Assembly (NCBI GenBank): GCA_964658305.1
Contig: OZ210885.1
Coordinates: forward strand, 9,300,001-9,364,000
DNA: 64,000 nucleotides
From: Leptogorgia sarmentosa
Lineage: Eukaryota
Reading direction: 5' to 3'
Below, one piece after another: positions 59,734 to 64,000 of the stretch. The translations under genes and the position numbers were made by a program. Numbering within the stretch: the first letter of the stretch is position 1; the number at the start of each line of letters is the position of its first letter. The notes under the pieces were generated by a model. It made no database searches. It had not been told where the DNA came from and was given only the letters and a program-made list of their open reading frames with translations.

Positions 59734-60025
59734 CATGGGCGTACGGACCGGGGGGGCACGGGGGGGCCTGTGCCCCCCCAAACCGTTCACGGTCGGGCAA
59801 TTGAGCTGGAATCGTTCGGGCAAACATAACTCCATCATAGTTGATAGAATATTAACTTTATTAGACAATATAAGATCAACAATACGATGAAAATCATTAT
59901 CCTCTAAAACATCCTATATGAAATATTCTAATTCCAAAGCTCAAGTATTTCAGATCGAAGATGTATTACATAACGAAAGAGGTATAATATGACACCTTGA
60001 AAATGCCATTTCTGATGATCTAGAG
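59734..60025. mobile_element. Truncated copy of the CATGGGCGTA MITE
   Basis: Reverse-complement match to 53425-53719. Confidence 0.75.
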
Positions 60026-60145
60026 ACCAAAATTTTTTCACTGGAATTTTTCAGTAATAAACAGGAAATATTTCTTGGTGATATCGAATGTGTGTAAATA
60101 GATCAGCTTTGCAATGAAATGTTCTCAATTTTTTTGTAAATTTGT

Positions 60146-60269
60146 TGTCAGGAGTGGGATCCGAACCCACGACCACATGTGTGGACCAGAACGCCCTATT
60201 ATATCAAGGTTGATCGTGACAAGTTTTTGCACTTGAGTCTGGCGCCTTAGCCCGCTCGGCCATCCTGGC
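60146..60269 (-). tRNA. tRNA-Leu(CAA) with intron, mutated copy
   Basis: Inverted paralogue of 56549-56672; T-loop GGTTCGGAT. Confidence 0.78.
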
Positions 60270-60536
60270 ACGCATGAAAACATGGAATATCCTACCACAT
60301 TAATTCTTTGCTACCTTCAACATGCCACATCCCGTTCTGATTTTCTCTCGAGAACTGACGTGAGCCGAATACGAATATTCCTTTAGTAATTAAATTATAG
60401 AGTTCACTTTCACAGTAATTTTGTTGTTGGATCAATTTGTTTCAAGTAACTCTGAATTGCCAAATGAATGCATGGTGGAAGAGAAAGGTAATACAATTCG
60501 ATGCATTATAAAAAAATCAAATGTAATGTCTAAAAT

Positions 60537-60608
60537 AGGCTCTGCCGAGACTTGAACTTGGATCGCTAGATTCAAAGTCCAAAGTGCTAACCATTACACC
60601 ACAGAACC
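60537..60608 (-). tRNA. tRNA-Gln(TTG), substitutions
   Basis: Paralogue of 2149-2220. Confidence 0.75.
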
Positions 60609-60719
60609 TTAACACGATCATGACAATGTTTCCCAATTGTTTCACGTTTCTTCCTTTCTTGTACAACGAAAGGCACCACTTCAAACGATGAGAATGTTTA
60701 CTAAAGAGAAATTATATGA

Positions 60720-61314
60720 TCAGTACGCTCCTAGGTTGTGAACTAATAGACGCTGACCTATCAGATCGAAAGGCTTCCTGAAGTGAAATAGCATTACTCG
60801 TACATCATTACCGCCGTTGCCATCAGTTGATTTACTCCAAGAGTTAAACATGTTTATGAGGGCATGAACGGTGCTTGAGTTTCGAATCATTCCGTATTTA
60901 TTGGGGTCAACTTTTGTAAGCACAGCTGGCTTTATAAAATTGTCAACAACAAAGCCCTCCACGACTTCGACACATAACAATCGTACTAAAGGAAATGGGC
61001 CGAAAGTTACGGTTACCACTGAGTAATTTTATAAAATACAGAACACCTGATGATGACTGCAAGCTAGTCGAAACGTTGGATCAAAATAAAAACCTTTTTC
61101 GGAATGTACATGCATTGTTCTGTATTTTATGAAATGGGCTGAAAATGGCGGTAACATCACGTACCTGTTCTTTTATCGGAATTCGTACAACATCTGCGTG
61201 TTTCCAAGATTGAGGGAGACCGCCTTCGGCATTTTCCTTAAGGACGTCCCTACCAGGGATACCATCCGGTCCCGTTGATTTACTTGAACCTAGCGTTAGT
61301 AAGCTTTTTCCCAA
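60720..61314 (-). pseudogene. Decayed LINE RT fragment
   Basis: KSTGPDGIP, LPQSWKHADVV, STVHALI, FRKPFDLI. Confidence 0.75.
61042..61080 (+). ncRNA. Penelope-type minimal hammerhead motif
   Basis: CTGATGA-TGACTGCAAGCTAGTC-GAAACGTT inside a ~125-bp insert. Confidence 0.55.
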
Positions 61315-61918
61315 ACTTCAAAAATCCTGCGCATTACTATCAAGTATTATTTGTTGACTATTCGAAAGTAAACGAGTAAACTCTTTCATCGGCGCCGCTT
61401 ATTTCCCTTTCGTAAACGGTCGTTGCCTTCCGAAACGACCGATGCCTTCCCTGCTTTCTTTTTAAATGCTACATAATGCCTTCCCACTATACATCGAAGA
61501 AACCAGGCTTTGAAGAATAACAATAAATTAGCGAAAATGAAAATAATTATACAGTTACTAAACTTCTTTTCTTTTTACATTACTGTCGTTCGTGCAAAAT
61601 GTCTATTCCAGTGGTGACTGGGAAGAATATGTTCCACGCATTTTAGTCTCTTAATTTTCGCGCATCTACGTAGAGTTAGACGAAATAAAACAATTAATTG
61701 GAAGAGAAAAAGTTTTAACTCTGCTCCTTATTCAGATCTGATTAAAATTTTCTTGGGAAGGAATTTCCTATTATAAGTTAAGTTGTCTAACATGCGAAGT
61801 ATTATTATAATTTTAGTCACAAGTTTGGGTACAACTAGTCCGCCGATCGTTTACATGTTTTCACAGAGCACGAAACTGTACACTGTAGTAGTGTTTATTG
61901 CCTTCTGCAAAAACTTAC

Positions 61919-62614
61919 CGAAACGAAAAAGGCGTTTCCATCCTGTTTGCCACAATCCAATGTAAAGTGATATCCCATATATTCTATCAAGTGCATGGGC
62001 GTACCGGCCAACATTTTTCAGGGGGGCGGTCGGCAATTTGCCCGGTTATCTAGAAAATTACCCGACTTTTATTTTGTAATTGATACTCATAATCGCGTTA
62101 AATTTAATTAATACGTATACATAATACATTCAGAAGTTAATTTATTATGTAATATCAGTGTGTACGACAATCATTTACCCGACTGTGAGGCGAATATTGC
62201 CCGACTGTCCTTGTTAGCCCAACAAACTGGGAGGGCTGCCGCCCCCCCCCCCGCCCCGGTACGCCCATGATCAAGTGTGTAACTATATGTATCCCTTGCG
62301 AACCACATTTCAAATGAACTGCTATGTTTTCCTTTATAGTAGACTGATAATCCTCCATCAGGGGTCTGTGTTATAGCACGATAGATACTCTCGTTAGGTT
62401 TCTGAGCACAAGAATTCGTGTCCAAACTGACTGAGTCCACGAAGAGATAAAACATATCAAGATTATAACCAGAACCATTTCTGTTAAAAGCAGCGACGCA
62501 ACCCTGCCTCTTCAAGTTCAACATTGCACCATTATCCCGAAACCGAAACTGAGCTGATGGATCAAGGCAGCTGTTACGTTGTCCGAAAATTCCAGAAATG
62601 ACAAATTTCCCCAA
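61919..62614 (-). pseudogene. Probable protein-coding exon interrupted by a MITE
   Basis: Removing the MITE and one TSD joins ..YSYTLD to RIYGISLY..RFG|GTAAG in frame. Confidence 0.45.
61994..62269. mobile_element. hAT-type MITE (CATGGGCGTACCGG TIR)
   Basis: Perfect 8-bp TSD ATCAAGTG. Confidence 0.88.
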
Positions 62615-63214
62615 CTTCCGCTTGATTGTATTTTACCTGTGTCTCTAATACATTTCTATTTGTGTGTCTCCTTCACGAAGAAACAAATTGTACCTAAAAA
62701 GTTATATAAAAAGGCCCCTGTTGTACTCTTAATACAATTATCTGGGTATAGGCAGTTTCACTGGCATGTATGTAGGAAGATATATAGATTTTATAAAATT
62801 AATGCTGATAGCTAATTTCTACTTTTACCATTTGGGAATGATTTGCATTGGTTGTCGATAAATTGCGACGCCGACGCGAAAGCCTATACGATAGATTCCC
62901 GTTCGTACGTTACACATAGCACCCCTGCATAACTCTCGCTGATTGATTCTGAATTGCATTGCAATGATTTATTTTAACATGCATTTCCAATTTTGCCCAA
63001 ATTTCGTTATGATCAAGGCTTCAATTAATGTCGGGAACATTTTTGTTTGTAGAGGGCCTGACAAGATAATCTCGAGTTCGTTTTATAGTCAATCAGCCCA
63101 CAAAAAGGGCTGCCCGAATAAGAATCAATTTCTGTATTCACTCAATTATGCCTTCGTTATTCTTTATGGAACTAGCTGAAATTCCTTAATTATGTTTGGT
63201 TATGGCAACTATGC

Positions 63215-63520
63215 AAGGGCGTCAATCCGTTCCAAAAAGTGGGGGGGGGACGATAAGCGTACGGGCTACATTTTTTCAGAGAGGGGGCAGAAAGATATTT
63301 GCCCGAATTTGAGGGTAGTGAATGTCATGAGGCGCCACCATGGTTGGCGCCGAGCGAGAAATTTTTGAACTTTTACAACCTCTGGATTGTCGGAAACGGC
63401 GATTTCTAACTCCACTTTCTTGGTACGGTCGGTCAGGTGAACGACTGGAGGATTGTTGACATTATTTGAATTTTTTGGGGGGCAGTTGCGCCCCTTGTCC
63501 CCCCGCCTCGTACGCCTATG
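63215..63520. mobile_element. G/C-tract MITE-like sequence (possibly composite)
   Basis: CAAGGGCGT..ACGCCTATG termini resemble the hAT MITEs; no clean TSD. Confidence 0.4.
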
Positions 63521-63642
63521 GGGGGACAAAAATCTGTCTGTTGTAAAATAGTAATGAGGGGCAATCTTCCCCAATCTTCCTGGGGGCAATCTTCCCCGAA
63601 AAATTTGGAAATTTGAAACATCATGAATGATAAGTGGTCATC

Positions 63643-63960
63643 ATGGCGGATGGACATTTATTTGAGAGCTCTGATACAAATTATAATGGAGCTGATATCA
63701 GTTGGAATTTCCTCAAAATACAAGATTATGTGGTGTCTAAGAGTATTACCTACGATGGTAAACGAATAAGTTGGTGCGATAGCTTCGAAACTCTGCAAGA
63801 ATTTATTAAAGTTGCACTTGGTTTTGAGGGTAAGTGGCGTTCATACGGAGGCAGTTCAAAGAGATTTGTCGCGTACACTTATGACTTTGTCGCTATTTGG
63901 TACCCTGGCAAACTGAACACCTTATCATTAAGCGGCACCGTAAATCTCTTTGAACCGTAA
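63643..63960 (+). other. Short ORF, possibly a truncated LINE ORF1 N-terminus
   Basis: ATGGCG start; W..SFETLQEFI..L..EGKW.S.GG..K.F pattern recalled from invertebrate retroposon ORF1s (unverified). Confidence 0.3.
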
Positions 63961-64000
63961 TTACAGAAAATTGCACTGTGGTAACAGAAAATTACACTGT

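Overview
AT-rich animal genomic DNA (repeat families look cnidarian/octocoral-like; this is an inference). Three blocks (about 0-6.4, 34-42 and 53-60.7 kb) come from a repeatedly duplicated and inverted multi-isotype tRNA cluster (Pro, Asn, Gly, Glu, Gln, Leu, Trp, Thr, Ser, Cys, Val, His), and many copies are decayed. Mobile DNA is dense: a complete Copia LTR element, an intact two-ORF Harbinger transposon, a 5'-truncated LINE, BEL/MULE/Tc1/Penelope relics (the Penelope pieces carry hammerhead ribozymes), and many nested MITE/foldback elements with recognisable target-site duplications. One host gene is clear, a 14-exon VLDLR-like receptor on the minus strand (44472-51110). The most unusual system is an intron-containing Crypton-type tyrosine-recombinase element (29131-31033) with a tandem deletion derivative. 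Both carry an internal segment complementary to both termini and a long terminal hairpin with regularly placed TC/TC mismatches (GA/GA on the other strand), a design repeated in sequence-unrelated elements here, which suggests a folded single-stranded DNA recombination substrate. Also notable is a tRNA-like-carrying MITE inserted twice, independently, at tRNA-Trp genes. Coordinates were read by eye and may be off by a few bases.
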